Positions 19,650-28,852 of a stretch of 64,000 nt of DNA are shown here, piece by piece; the stretch's first letter is position 1, and the number at the start of each line of letters is the position of its first letter. The DNA lies in the NCBI GenBank assembly GCA_964467905.1, contig CAYXSY010000007.1:116-64115 (forward strand). The letters run 5' to 3'. A program made the position numbers and the translations under genes. Under the pieces are notes generated by a model. The model was not told the origin of the DNA. It saw only the letters and a program-made list of their open reading frames with translations, and did no database searches. The DNA comes from an uncultured Planctomycetales bacterium. Its GTDB lineage: Bacteria > Omnitrophota > Gorgyraeia > Gygaellales > Profunditerraquicolaceae.

Positions 19650-20378
19650 ATGTCTAAAGATAAAAAAAATTCAGATTACAAAGTTTATATGAAGCAAATC
19701 GAAGCGCTTGCAAAGGTCGCAAGCCTCATTACTTCCGGTATGTATGTAGAAGAACTTTTGCGTTTGATTGTCAATGTTACGGCAGAAGTTATGAATTCTA
19801 AGATTTCGTCTTTGATGCTTTTAGATCCTGATAAAAAGGAATTGGTAATCAGGGCTACGCAATCGATATCAGAGGCTTATAATAAAAAGCCTAATATAAA
19901 AGTCGGCGATGGTATCGCCGGCATAGTGGCGAAAGAAAAGAAGCCGCTGTGTGTTTTAGACGTTAGAAAAGATCCGCGCTATATGAACAGGGATATAGCC
20001 ATAAAGGAAGGGTTGTATTCTTTAGCGAGCGTGCCTATGATAGTAAAGGGAAGACTCAAAGGGGTTATTAATTGTTATACTTCTAAGAAGCATGAGTTTA
20101 CCAAGGGTGAATTAGCTATACTTACTGCTTTGGCAAGTCAGGCAGCAGTGGCTATTGAGAATGCCGAGTTGGATGTGAGGGCGCGTACAGCCGAAGAGGC
20201 CCTTACCAGCCGTAAGATAATTGAGCGCGCAAAGGAAATTATAGCCCAGGAAACAAACATCCTTCCTTCTGAGGCGTACCGCTTGATACAGAAACAGAGC
20301 ATGGACAAGCGTAAAACTATGCGTGAGATTGCCGAAGCTATTATATTAGCTAAAGATGTAACTAATAAAAGTATTTAG
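19650..20378 (+). CDS. GAF-ANTAR one-component RNA-binding antiterminator (paralog 1)
   Basis: N-terminal GAF domain (LRLIVNVTAEVMNS...GVINCYT...AAVAIENAEL). C-terminal ANTAR three-helix region (SRKIIERAKEIIAQETNILPSEAYRLIQKQSMDKRKTMREIAEAIILA). No receiver domain. Confidence 0.85.
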   Translation: MSKDKKNSDYKVYMKQIEALAKVASLITSGMYVEELLRLIVNVTAEVMNSKISSLMLLDPDKKELVIRATQSISEAYNKKPNIKVGDGIAGIVAKEKKPLCVLDVRKDPRYMNRDIAIKEGLYSLASVPMIVKGRLKGVINCYTSKKHEFTKGELAILTALASQAAVAIENAELDVRARTAEEALTSRKIIERAKEIIAQETNILPSEAYRLIQKQSMDKRKTMREIAEAIILAKDVTNKSI

Positions 20379-20385
20379 AAAGACC

Positions 20386-20502
20386 TTGACAGGTTGTTGA
20401 TTTGTGGTATATTCCTTTTAATTGGTGAGTACGAAGACGTCTTACCTTGGAACAAGGGAGACGTCTTTTTATTTTTATAAATAGTGCCTAAAAATTAGGC
20501 AC
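20386..20502 (+). promoter_or_regulatory. promoter plus leader attenuator in front of the Nfn/GltA-like operon
   Basis: TTGACA (20386-20391), 16-nt spacer, TGgTATATT (20405-20413). Terminator: 9-bp stem 20434-20442/20459-20467 and an inner 5-bp stem 20445-20449/20453-20457, followed by TTTTTATTTTT. A competing hairpin 20424-20446 (GGTGAG...CTTACC) could act as an antiterminator. A further 8-bp hairpin lies at 20484-20502, just before the RBS. Confidence 0.65.
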
Positions 20503-20519
20503 AAAATGGCGCAGGAACG

Positions 20520-21359
20520 ATGAAGATATTAAAGAAACAAGTATTGGTTGATTATCACGGGGTAAGGATTGTTAAATTAGAGATTAGTTCTGTAGAAATA
20601 GCAAAGAAGGCTCAAGCAGGACAGTTTATAGCCTTGATGGTTTGCGAGGAAGGCGAAAGGATACCCTTAACCGTAGTAGATAAAGATGAATCCCGGGGTA
20701 GTTTTACGTTGATTTTTCAAGAGGCAGGCTATACTACCGGCCTTCTGGGTCAGCTTGAAGAGGGGGACAGCCTCTATTCTTTAGTAGGTCCTTTGGGACA
20801 TCCTACAGAAATAAAGAAATATTCTAAAGTATTTTTGGTCGGAGGCGGTGTGGGCATTGCTGAAATTTATCCGGTAGCCAGGTCTTTTAAGAAAGCGGGT
20901 GTCCCTGCGGTTTCTATTATTGGTTCCCGTAACAAGGATTTATTAATATTGGAGAAAGAGTTAAAAGAGGCTTCCGATAAATTATTTGTTACCACTGACG
21001 ACGGGTCATATTCCCGTAAGGGCTTTGTTACCGAAGTGTTGAAAGAAGCTTTGAGCTCTGAGGTTTACGATGCGAGTTCGGGATTAGTTTATGCTGTTGG
21101 CCCTATATCGATGATGAGGAGCGTAGCTAAAGTTACCAGAGATTTTAATATCAAAACTTATGTTTCTCTGAATGCCTTAATGGTGGATGCTACGGGTATG
21201 TGCGGATGCTGTAGGGTTACCGTAGGGGGAGAATTGAAATTCTCTTGCGTGGACGGTCCTGACTTTGATGCGCATCTAGTAGATTGGGATGAATTAATCA
21301 AGAGAAATAAGATCTATGAACAAAAAGAAAAGCATATCTGTAATTTAAGTAAATTATAG
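20520..21359 (+). CDS. PyrK-like FAD/NAD(P)-binding [2Fe-2S] subunit (NfnA / SudB type)
   Basis: Ferredoxin-NADP-reductase-like fold (GQFIALM, RIPLTV, LVGGGVGIAE) and a C-terminal MCGCCRV...FSCVDGP cluster motif. It is paired with a GltD-like subunit. Confidence 0.75.
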   Translation: MKILKKQVLVDYHGVRIVKLEISSVEIAKKAQAGQFIALMVCEEGERIPLTVVDKDESRGSFTLIFQEAGYTTGLLGQLEEGDSLYSLVGPLGHPTEIKKYSKVFLVGGGVGIAEIYPVARSFKKAGVPAVSIIGSRNKDLLILEKELKEASDKLFVTTDDGSYSRKGFVTEVLKEALSSEVYDASSGLVYAVGPISMMRSVAKVTRDFNIKTYVSLNALMVDATGMCGCCRVTVGGELKFSCVDGPDFDAHLVDWDELIKRNKIYEQKEKHICNLSKL

Positions 21360-21365
21360 CACAAA

Positions 21366-22790
21366 ATGAGAAAAGAACCGGTAAGAGTAAAAGAATTGGA
21401 AGCGCAGGTCAGGTCGGCAGACTTCATGGAAGTAGTTGCTGGTTATAGCGAAGAGGAAGCGTTGCTTGAGGCATCGCGTTGTCTACAATGTAAAAATCCG
21501 GTTTGTATTTCAGGTTGTCCTGTTAACATCAATATCAAGCAGTTTATTGGTTATATTAATAAGAAAGATTATAAGAACGCGTATCTTACCATCAGAGAAA
21601 AGAACGATTTTCCTTCTATCTGCGGGAGGGTTTGTCCTGCGGAATATCAGTGTCGCAAGGCTTGCGTTTTGACTAAAAAAGGCGCGCCCTTCGCATCTCA
21701 AGAAGCAATTAATATCCATTTTCTGGAAAGATTTGTAGGCGATTACGGCGCAAAGAACAAGCTTGAGGTTCCCGTAGAAAAAGATGAAAAACTTTCTAAA
21801 TTTAAGGTGGCGGTAGTTGGTTCCGGGCCTGCGGGTCTTTGTTGTGCAGGAGAGCTTGCTAGACGCGGTATAAGAGTAGTTATCTTTGAGAGCTTGCATA
21901 AGGCCGGAGGGGTTTTGAGGTATGGTATACCTCCTTTTAGGCTACCGCGCGATATCTTGGATTACGAGATAAATTATTTGAAAAAACTGGGGGTAGAGAT
22001 TATCCCCAATTTCATTATAGGTAAAGCTTTGACCTTGGATGATATTTTTTCGCAAGGTTTCTCTGCCATATTTCTAGGTTTAGGCGCGGGAGTGCCTTCC
22101 TTTTTGGGTATCCCCGGAGAGAACTTTTGCAATATATATTCAGCTAATGAATTTTTGACCCGGGTTAATTTGATGTCCGCATATAAATTCCCAAAGTTTC
22201 ATACTCCGGTGAACATAGGCAAACATGTGGTTATAATCGGCGGGGGGAATACGGCGATGGATGCAGCTAGAGCTGCTTTACGTATTCAGAAGATGTCTGG
22301 CATGGACGCAGATACAACTGTAGTATATCGCAGGAGTGAGGTTGAAATGCCGGCGCGCAGACTGGAAATAGAGCATGCTAAGGAAGAAGGAGTAAAGTTT
22401 GATTTTCTTATTCAGCCATTAGGTTTTACCGGAGATGCTGCAGGGTTCGTGAAAAAGATGAAGTGCCTAAGGTGCAGGCTTGGTGAGCCGGATTCCTCAG
22501 GCAGAAGAAGGCCGGTTCCTATAGAAAATAGTGAATTTGAGATTGATTCTGATATGGCGGTTATTGCAGTGGGTTTAGCTGCTAATCAGATTCTTACCAG
22601 CGTAACTCCAAGTATTAAAACTGATAAATATAAAGATGTAGTTGTTAATCCTGATACTATGGAGACTTCTGTCAGCGGGGTTTTTGCGGGCGGAGATATT
22701 GTGGGTGGTGAAGGTACAGTTATCGAGGCTATGGGGATGAGCAAGAAGGCTTCCAAGGCAATAATTGATTATCTTTCAGAGTTAAAGTAG
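21366..22790 (+). CDS. GltD-homologous NADPH oxidoreductase subunit (NfnB / SudA / 'homotetrameric glutamate synthase GltA' type)
   Basis: N-terminal Cys clusters (CLQCKNPVCISGCP; CGRVCPAEYQCRKAC) and two dinucleotide folds (VAVVGSGPAGL; VVIIGGGNTAMD). Confidence 0.8.
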   Translation: MRKEPVRVKELEAQVRSADFMEVVAGYSEEEALLEASRCLQCKNPVCISGCPVNINIKQFIGYINKKDYKNAYLTIREKNDFPSICGRVCPAEYQCRKACVLTKKGAPFASQEAINIHFLERFVGDYGAKNKLEVPVEKDEKLSKFKVAVVGSGPAGLCCAGELARRGIRVVIFESLHKAGGVLRYGIPPFRLPRDILDYEINYLKKLGVEIIPNFIIGKALTLDDIFSQGFSAIFLGLGAGVPSFLGIPGENFCNIYSANEFLTRVNLMSAYKFPKFHTPVNIGKHVVIIGGGNTAMDAARAALRIQKMSGMDADTTVVYRRSEVEMPARRLEIEHAKEEGVKFDFLIQPLGFTGDAAGFVKKMKCLRCRLGEPDSSGRRRPVPIENSEFEIDSDMAVIAVGLAANQILTSVTPSIKTDKYKDVVVNPDTMETSVSGVFAGGDIVGGEGTVIEAMGMSKKASKAIIDYLSELK

Positions 22791-22919
22791 TACGGTATAG
22801 GGCGGCAGCGTTGGCCGCCAGAACAATGTTAGTTATTCTGTTTTGCTCCTTAGAGCTTGATAGGGGTTAGAGCTACGTAGCAATTGCTTCGAAGCTCTAT
22901 CGTAAGATAGCAGGGCTAA

Positions 22920-24281
<1,362 letters not shown>

Positions 24282-24299
24282 ATTTAGATAACAACATAC

Positions 24300-24554
24300 T
24301 TGACAAGGCTCTAATAGTATGTTATTCTTTTCTTAACAATTTAAAAGAGCACAAGGTTGTGCTTAAGATAAAGGACAAAGGCGTTATATAACAATATAAC
24401 GCCTTTTTCTTTTTTATCCTATTCTATGTGAGAATAATTTTATAAAAGTAAGCCCTTCATGCCCGGTCACTTAGAGGGAGAACGGGGTTTTACTTTTTAT
24501 GTAAACAATGGCGTTTTATGCCGTAATCCGGCATAGAACGCCTTTTTATTTTTT
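24300..24554 (+). promoter_or_regulatory. promoter plus two tandem hexaloop-hairpin/terminator attenuators upstream of GAF-ANTAR paralog 2
   Basis: TTGACA (24300-24305), 17-nt spacer, TGtTATTCT (24320-24328). P1 AGCAC-AAGGTT-GTGCT at 24348-24363. P2 GAC-AAAGGC-GTT at 24374-24385, overlapping terminator 24377-24416 (GGCGTTATAT/ATATAACGCC + T-run). Second unit: AAAC-AATGGC-GTTT at 24503-24516, overlapping terminator 24510-24554 (14-bp stem + TTTTTATTTTTT). Confidence 0.7.
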
Positions 24555-24558
24555 AGCC

Positions 24559-25266
24559 ATGCAAAATTCATTTAATGAACAAATAAAGGCCCTTTCTAAA
24601 ATCAGTAAGGCGATTACTTCAGATTTCTATCTGGAGGATATATTGCGTCTGATTGTTACAGTTACGGCAGAAGTTTTAGATTCTAATATTTGTTCTTTGA
24701 TGCTTATTGATGAGAAAACTGGTGAATTAATTGTCCGGGCTACTCAGAGCGTAAGCGAAGAATACAATAAGAAGATGCCTCTTAAGGTTGGTGAAGGCAT
24801 TGCCGGCAAGGCGGTTGAACATAATAAGGCAATAGCAGTAAAGGATGTTACTAAAGAAAAAGAATATAAACATAAAGATGTCGCCAGAAAAGAAGGGCTC
24901 GTATCTTTGTTATGTGTCCCCATGTCGGTAAAGGGTAAAACAATCGGAGTAATTAATTGTTATACCGCCAAAGCACATAATTTCAGCGATACAGAGATAG
25001 AGATATTGACTACTATTGCCAATCAGGCGGCAGTAGCTATTGAGAATACCGAGCTTATGGTTAAAAGCAGGGTTATCCAGGAAGAACTGGAGACTCGCAA
25101 GAGGATTGAGCGCGCCAAAGGTGTTTTAATGCGTGATGAAAAACTCACTGAGGAACAGGCGTATTTAAAGATCCGTAAATATAGTATGGATAATCGTAAA
25201 AGCATGCGTGAAGTGGCGGAAGCGATTATCTTGGCAGCAGATATGAAGCAATTAATCAGGAGCTAA
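24559..25266 (+). CDS. GAF-ANTAR one-component RNA-binding antiterminator (paralog 2)
   Basis: Clear paralog of 19650-20378, with shared runs LRLIV.VTAEV, RATQS, GVINCYT, AAVAIEN and MRE.AEAIILA. The track start at 24508 lies inside the upstream terminator, so Met at 24559 (MQNSFNEQ...) is taken as the start. Confidence 0.85.
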   Translation: MQNSFNEQIKALSKISKAITSDFYLEDILRLIVTVTAEVLDSNICSLMLIDEKTGELIVRATQSVSEEYNKKMPLKVGEGIAGKAVEHNKAIAVKDVTKEKEYKHKDVARKEGLVSLLCVPMSVKGKTIGVINCYTAKAHNFSDTEIEILTTIANQAAVAIENTELMVKSRVIQEELETRKRIERAKGVLMRDEKLTEEQAYLKIRKYSMDNRKSMREVAEAIILAADMKQLIRS

Positions 25267-25300
25267 GTAGCTCTTTTTGCTGGTTATGAGGTTAATTGTC

Positions 25301-25320
25301 TTAATCCAGGGTTGGGTTAA
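25301..25320 (+). promoter_or_regulatory. isolated ANTAR-P1-like hairpin (7-bp stem, hexaloop AGGGTT)
   Basis: TTAATCC-AGGGTT-GGGTTAA, with one U-G wobble. The loop is nearly identical to the pyrG-leader P1 loop AGGGTA. No terminator follows it. Confidence 0.35.
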
Positions 25321-25368
25321 GCTAAATGGCCAGCGACGTGTATAACAAAAGAAGGGAGGCAAGGTTAT

Positions 25369-27021
25369 ATGAATCTTAGTAGGCCGAATGCGAATGATGC
25401 AACTGGTACGTTTAACCGCTCAAAAAATGTGGTTCCGGGTTCAGGTATTTGTTCCCGTTGTGTAGACGGCTGCAAGGGTAATTGTGAGATTTTTAAGGCA
25501 AGCTTCAGGGGCAGGGAAGTTATTTATCCGGGGCCTTTTGGTGATATAACCGCGGGTGCGGATAAAAATTATCCTGTCGATTATTCTCATTTTAATATCC
25601 AGGGCTATGCTTTAGGCGCTAAAGGTTTAAGTGAAGGTAGCGACGGTAACCCGGATAATACAAAATTCCCGGATGTGGATACTACGACAGAATACGGGTG
25701 GAGCTCTAAAGTTAAAATGGAAGTTCCTATATTTACCGGGGCTTTGGGTTCTACAGAGATTGCGCGTAAAAATTGGGAGCATTTTGCTGTAGGGGCTGGT
25801 ATATCAGGAATAACTTTGGTTTGCGGAGAAAATGTCTGTGGTATTGACCCCGGGCTTGAGCTTGATAGTAAAGGAAAAATTAAGAATTCTCCTGAGATGG
25901 ATCGTCGCATAGAAATATACAGGAGATTCCATAGGGGTTTTGGAGAGATCCTGGTGCAGATGAACGTAGAGGATACGCGTTTGGGAGTAGCTGAATATGT
26001 CCGTACAAAACATAAGTTAGAGACCATTGAGCTTAAATGGGGGCAAGGGGCTAAATGTATCGGAGGCGAAATAAAAGTCCGTAGCCTCGAACGGGCGCTG
26101 GAATTAAAGAAGCGGGGTTATATTGTTACTCCGGACCCGGGCTCAGAGGTTGTGCAGAAGGCGTTTAAAGATGGAGCGATTAAGGAATTTGAAAGGCATT
26201 CGCGCTTAGGTTTTGTCTCTGAAGAGGCATTCTTGGCGGAAATCAAACGCCTTAGAGATTTAGGTTTTAAGAGAATAACGCTTAAGACGGGGGCTTATTC
26301 TATGCGTGAATTGGCCATGGCTATCAAGTATTCTAGCCTTGCCGGGATTGATCTTCTGACTATTGACGGGGCGCCGGGAGGAACGGGTATGAGTCCGTGG
26401 CGGATGATGCAAGAGTGGGGCATCCCTACTTTTTATCTTGAAGCTTTGGCTTACGAGTTTTGTGATAAATTATCTAAGAAAGGCTTACGTGTGCCTGATA
26501 TCGCGATAGCCGGAGGGTTCTCAAGCGAAGACCATGTGTTTAAAGTAATTGCCATGGGCTCTCCTTATGTAAAGGCAGTTTGCATGGGCCGGGCGTTGAT
26601 GATTCCGGGTATGGTAGGCAAAAATATAGGACTTTGGATTAAGGAAGGCGATGTCCCCGTTACAATTTCTTCATATGGGCACACGGAAAAAGAGATATTT
26701 GTCTGTTATGAAGAGCTTATCGAGAAATATGGTAACGAGATGAAGGATATCCCCCTTGGTGCCATAGGTATATATTCTTTTGTCCAAAAAATAAAGGTTG
26801 GGTTGCAGCAACTTATGGCTGGCAGCAGGAATTTCCGGATAAGCACTATCTCCCGCAATGACCTCATGAGTTTGACCGAAGATGCGGCTAAGGTATCAGG
26901 AATTCCTTATGTGATGGATGCTTATCGCAGCGAAGCGGAGTCGATACTAAACGGGGAATCCGATGTAAGACCAGAAAGAGGTTTTGATCGGCAGCGCTTT
27001 AGCGTATCCGCAAGGAGGTAA
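25369..27021 (+). CDS. FMN-binding glutamate-synthase-domain-2-like protein (GltS-related, stand-alone)
   Basis: Homologous by eye to the GltB FMN/synthase domain (IDGAPGGTGMSP versus ISGGDGGTGASP in the window's own GltB; AGGFSSEDHVFKVIAMG). Has an N-terminal CSRCVDGCKGNCE Cys cluster. Confidence 0.7.
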   Translation: MNLSRPNANDATGTFNRSKNVVPGSGICSRCVDGCKGNCEIFKASFRGREVIYPGPFGDITAGADKNYPVDYSHFNIQGYALGAKGLSEGSDGNPDNTKFPDVDTTTEYGWSSKVKMEVPIFTGALGSTEIARKNWEHFAVGAGISGITLVCGENVCGIDPGLELDSKGKIKNSPEMDRRIEIYRRFHRGFGEILVQMNVEDTRLGVAEYVRTKHKLETIELKWGQGAKCIGGEIKVRSLERALELKKRGYIVTPDPGSEVVQKAFKDGAIKEFERHSRLGFVSEEAFLAEIKRLRDLGFKRITLKTGAYSMRELAMAIKYSSLAGIDLLTIDGAPGGTGMSPWRMMQEWGIPTFYLEALAYEFCDKLSKKGLRVPDIAIAGGFSSEDHVFKVIAMGSPYVKAVCMGRALMIPGMVGKNIGLWIKEGDVPVTISSYGHTEKEIFVCYEELIEKYGNEMKDIPLGAIGIYSFVQKIKVGLQQLMAGSRNFRISTISRNDLMSLTEDAAKVSGIPYVMDAYRSEAESILNGESDVRPERGFDRQRFSVSARR

Positions 27022-27023
27022 GC

Positions 27024-27212
27024 ATGGATAACAAAGGGTTATGTATCAATTGTGCTCACGATAAAACTTGCAGCTTTGTAAGATTTCCTTTGATTTTGCA
27101 GTGTGAAGAATTTGATATCGCTTCTGTTAGCACGGCAGAGCAAAAGTTGCAAAGTTTGAAAAAGAGCGCGCAGTATAAACCAGCTACAGAGCAAGAATAT
27201 ACTGTAGAATAA
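27024..27212 (+). CDS. small Cys-rich protein coupled to the GltS-like gene
   Basis: 62 aa with CINCAHDKTCSF...LQCEEF (a 4-Cys pattern). The start lies 2 nt after the upstream stop. Function unknown. Confidence 0.45.
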   Translation: MDNKGLCINCAHDKTCSFVRFPLILQCEEFDIASVSTAEQKLQSLKKSAQYKPATEQEYTVE

Positions 27213-27244
27213 CATTTGTTGCATTGCCAGGTGATTTATGGCTG

Positions 27245-27279
27245 GCCATGGGGCGTAACACTTGCCCCATGGCTATTTT
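27245..27279 (+). terminator. intrinsic terminator after the GltS-like operon
   Basis: A 10-bp GC-rich stem GCCATGGGGC/GCCCCATGGC followed by TATTTT. Confidence 0.75.
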
Positions 27280-27292
27280 GATTAACTTAATC

Positions 27293-27399
27293 TTGACAAA
27301 ACCCTCTGATATGGTAAAATAACTATACATAGGAGCAGTAGCAAGACAGAGAAGTCTTTTAGTAGAGCAAATGCTACTAAAAGACTTTTTTTATTTTTT
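27293..27399 (+). promoter_or_regulatory. promoter plus AAGAC-N6-GTCTT hairpin and leader terminator of the hydrogenase operon
   Basis: TTGACA (27293-27298), 16-nt spacer, TGgTAAAAT (27312-27320). Hairpin AAGAC-AGAGAA-GTCTT at 27343-27358 overlaps the 5' arm of a 13-bp terminator (27353-27365/27374-27386) followed by TTTTTTTATTTTTT. Confidence 0.7.
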
Positions 27400-27412
27400 A
27401 GCTGGTTTTCTA

Positions 27413-28852
27413 ATGAATACACAAATATCGTTGTCTTATCTTATCTTTGTACCATTGTTTGGAGCGTTAAGCTTGCCTTTGTTAGGGAAAATTTCAGCTT
27501 ACCTTAGGAATTCATTAGCTTTAGTTCTTACGCTCGTCCCACTGGTTATTTCTGTCTTGTTATGGCCTCATGTTTCTTCCGGCGGAGTTATCATCTCAAA
27601 TATTACCCTGCCTTTGGGTTTTAATCTTAACTTGCAAGCAGATGCCTTGGCAGTTTTTATGGCCTCTGTCTCATCATTTATAAGCGCGTTAATAGTTGTA
27701 TATTCATTTTCTTATATCAGCCATTACAGGAATCAAAATGAATACTATTTTTTTGTTGTCTTATTTGTCGCCGCGATGGCAGGGCTTGTTTATTCTGCAA
27801 ATTTGATTTTCTTGTATATATTTTGGGAGATTACCGCTATTGCCAGCTGGCGCCTGATAGGTTTCTTTAGAAATAAAGAGTATGTTTTAAAAGCGGACAA
27901 GGCTTTTATGATTACTGTCTTTGGCGCTCTCTTGATGCTTTTGGGTTTTATCATGATATATACACAAACGGGGTCTTTTGATATTCCGGCTATAAAGGAG
28001 GCGATAAAGGCAAAACCTTTATCGGGCTTGGTTATTGTGTTAATACTGGCGGGGATATTGTCTAAATCTGCTACTTTGCCGTTTCAGACCTGGCTTCCTG
28101 ATGCCGGTATTGCGCCATCTCCTGTGACTGCGCTTTTGCATGCCGCGGTTTTAGTTAAAATAGGTGTTTATGTATTCGCACGTTTATTCGTAGTTAATTT
28201 TCCCCTTATTGATTCCTGGTCTAATGTTGTCTTGCTGATAGCTGCCGCAAGCACTTTAATATCTGCCGGGTGCGCTTTTATTGAGTCTGATTTAAAGCGC
28301 ATCATCGCTTATTCTACTATAAGCCAGATAGGTTTTATTTTCTTAGGGTTTGCATCAGGCACTTCGATAGGTATCTTCGGAGGCCTATTGTATATTCTTA
28401 TACATGGTTTAGGCAAGGCGGGGCTTTTCTTATGCGCGGGAGTTATAGAGCAGAATTGCGGGACTAAAGATATAAATAAACTCGGGGGGCTGGCAAAGAC
28501 TATGCCTTTTACCGCAGCTGCTTTTTTAATTTGTGCTTTTTCGATAATGGGCGTGCCTCCCACGGGAGGTTTTTTTAGTAAATATATGGTACTTGCAGGG
28601 GCTTTTACCGGAGGACATTATTTAGTTGCTTGGGTTTTCCTTGTTTGTGCGGTTTTTACCGTACTGTATCTTTTGAGAGTATTTTGTGCTGTATTCTTAG
28701 GCGGGCTCAAGATAAATGCTGGAGAGGGCACGCGCTCAATGGTATCTTGCATTGTTATATTGGCGGTATTGTCCATAGCTGCAGGGGTATTTATGGGGTA
28801 TTTATCCGTTCCGCTAGATGATATAACTAAACAAATGCTAGCATTAAAATGA
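27413..28852 (+). CDS. hydrogenase membrane subunit, Mrp/NuoN-M-type antiporter-like
   Basis: Polytopic, with proton-antiporter-M family signatures (WEITAIASW, SATLPFQTWLPDA, AYSTISQIG). The track start at 27371 lies inside the leader terminator, so Met at 27413 (MNTQISL) is used. Confidence 0.8.
   Translation: MNTQISLSYLIFVPLFGALSLPLLGKISAYLRNSLALVLTLVPLVISVLLWPHVSSGGVIISNITLPLGFNLNLQADALAVFMASVSSFISALIVVYSFSYISHYRNQNEYYFFVVLFVAAMAGLVYSANLIFLYIFWEITAIASWRLIGFFRNKEYVLKADKAFMITVFGALLMLLGFIMIYTQTGSFDIPAIKEAIKAKPLSGLVIVLILAGILSKSATLPFQTWLPDAGIAPSPVTALLHAAVLVKIGVYVFARLFVVNFPLIDSWSNVVLLIAAASTLISAGCAFIESDLKRIIAYSTISQIGFIFLGFASGTSIGIFGGLLYILIHGLGKAGLFLCAGVIEQNCGTKDINKLGGLAKTMPFTAAAFLICAFSIMGVPPTGGFFSKYMVLAGAFTGGHYLVAWVFLVCAVFTVLYLLRVFCAVFLGGLKINAGEGTRSMVSCIVILAVLSIAAGVFMGYLSVPLDDITKQMLALK

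Noticed and set aside
24417-24502. A glutamine riboswitch (glnA RNA), T-box or other known riboswitch in the nitrogen-gene leaders.
   Set aside because: I could not find the conserved glnA-motif strands (CGUUCA...GGAAGUAGG...GGAACG) or a T-box/specifier arrangement in any leader. This is only a by-eye comparison, and a CM search would be decisive.
24508-24558. N-terminal extensions proposed by the ORF track: 24508 (MAFYAVIRHRTPFYFLA...), 27371 (MLLKDFFYFLAGFL...), 38030, 34094, 36688, 47909.
   Set aside because: The extra codons run through intrinsic terminators or U-runs (24508, 27371, 38030) or deep into the preceding gene (34094, 36688, 47909). In the cases checked (34202, 38093), internal Met codons with good RBS spacing give N-termini typical of the family.
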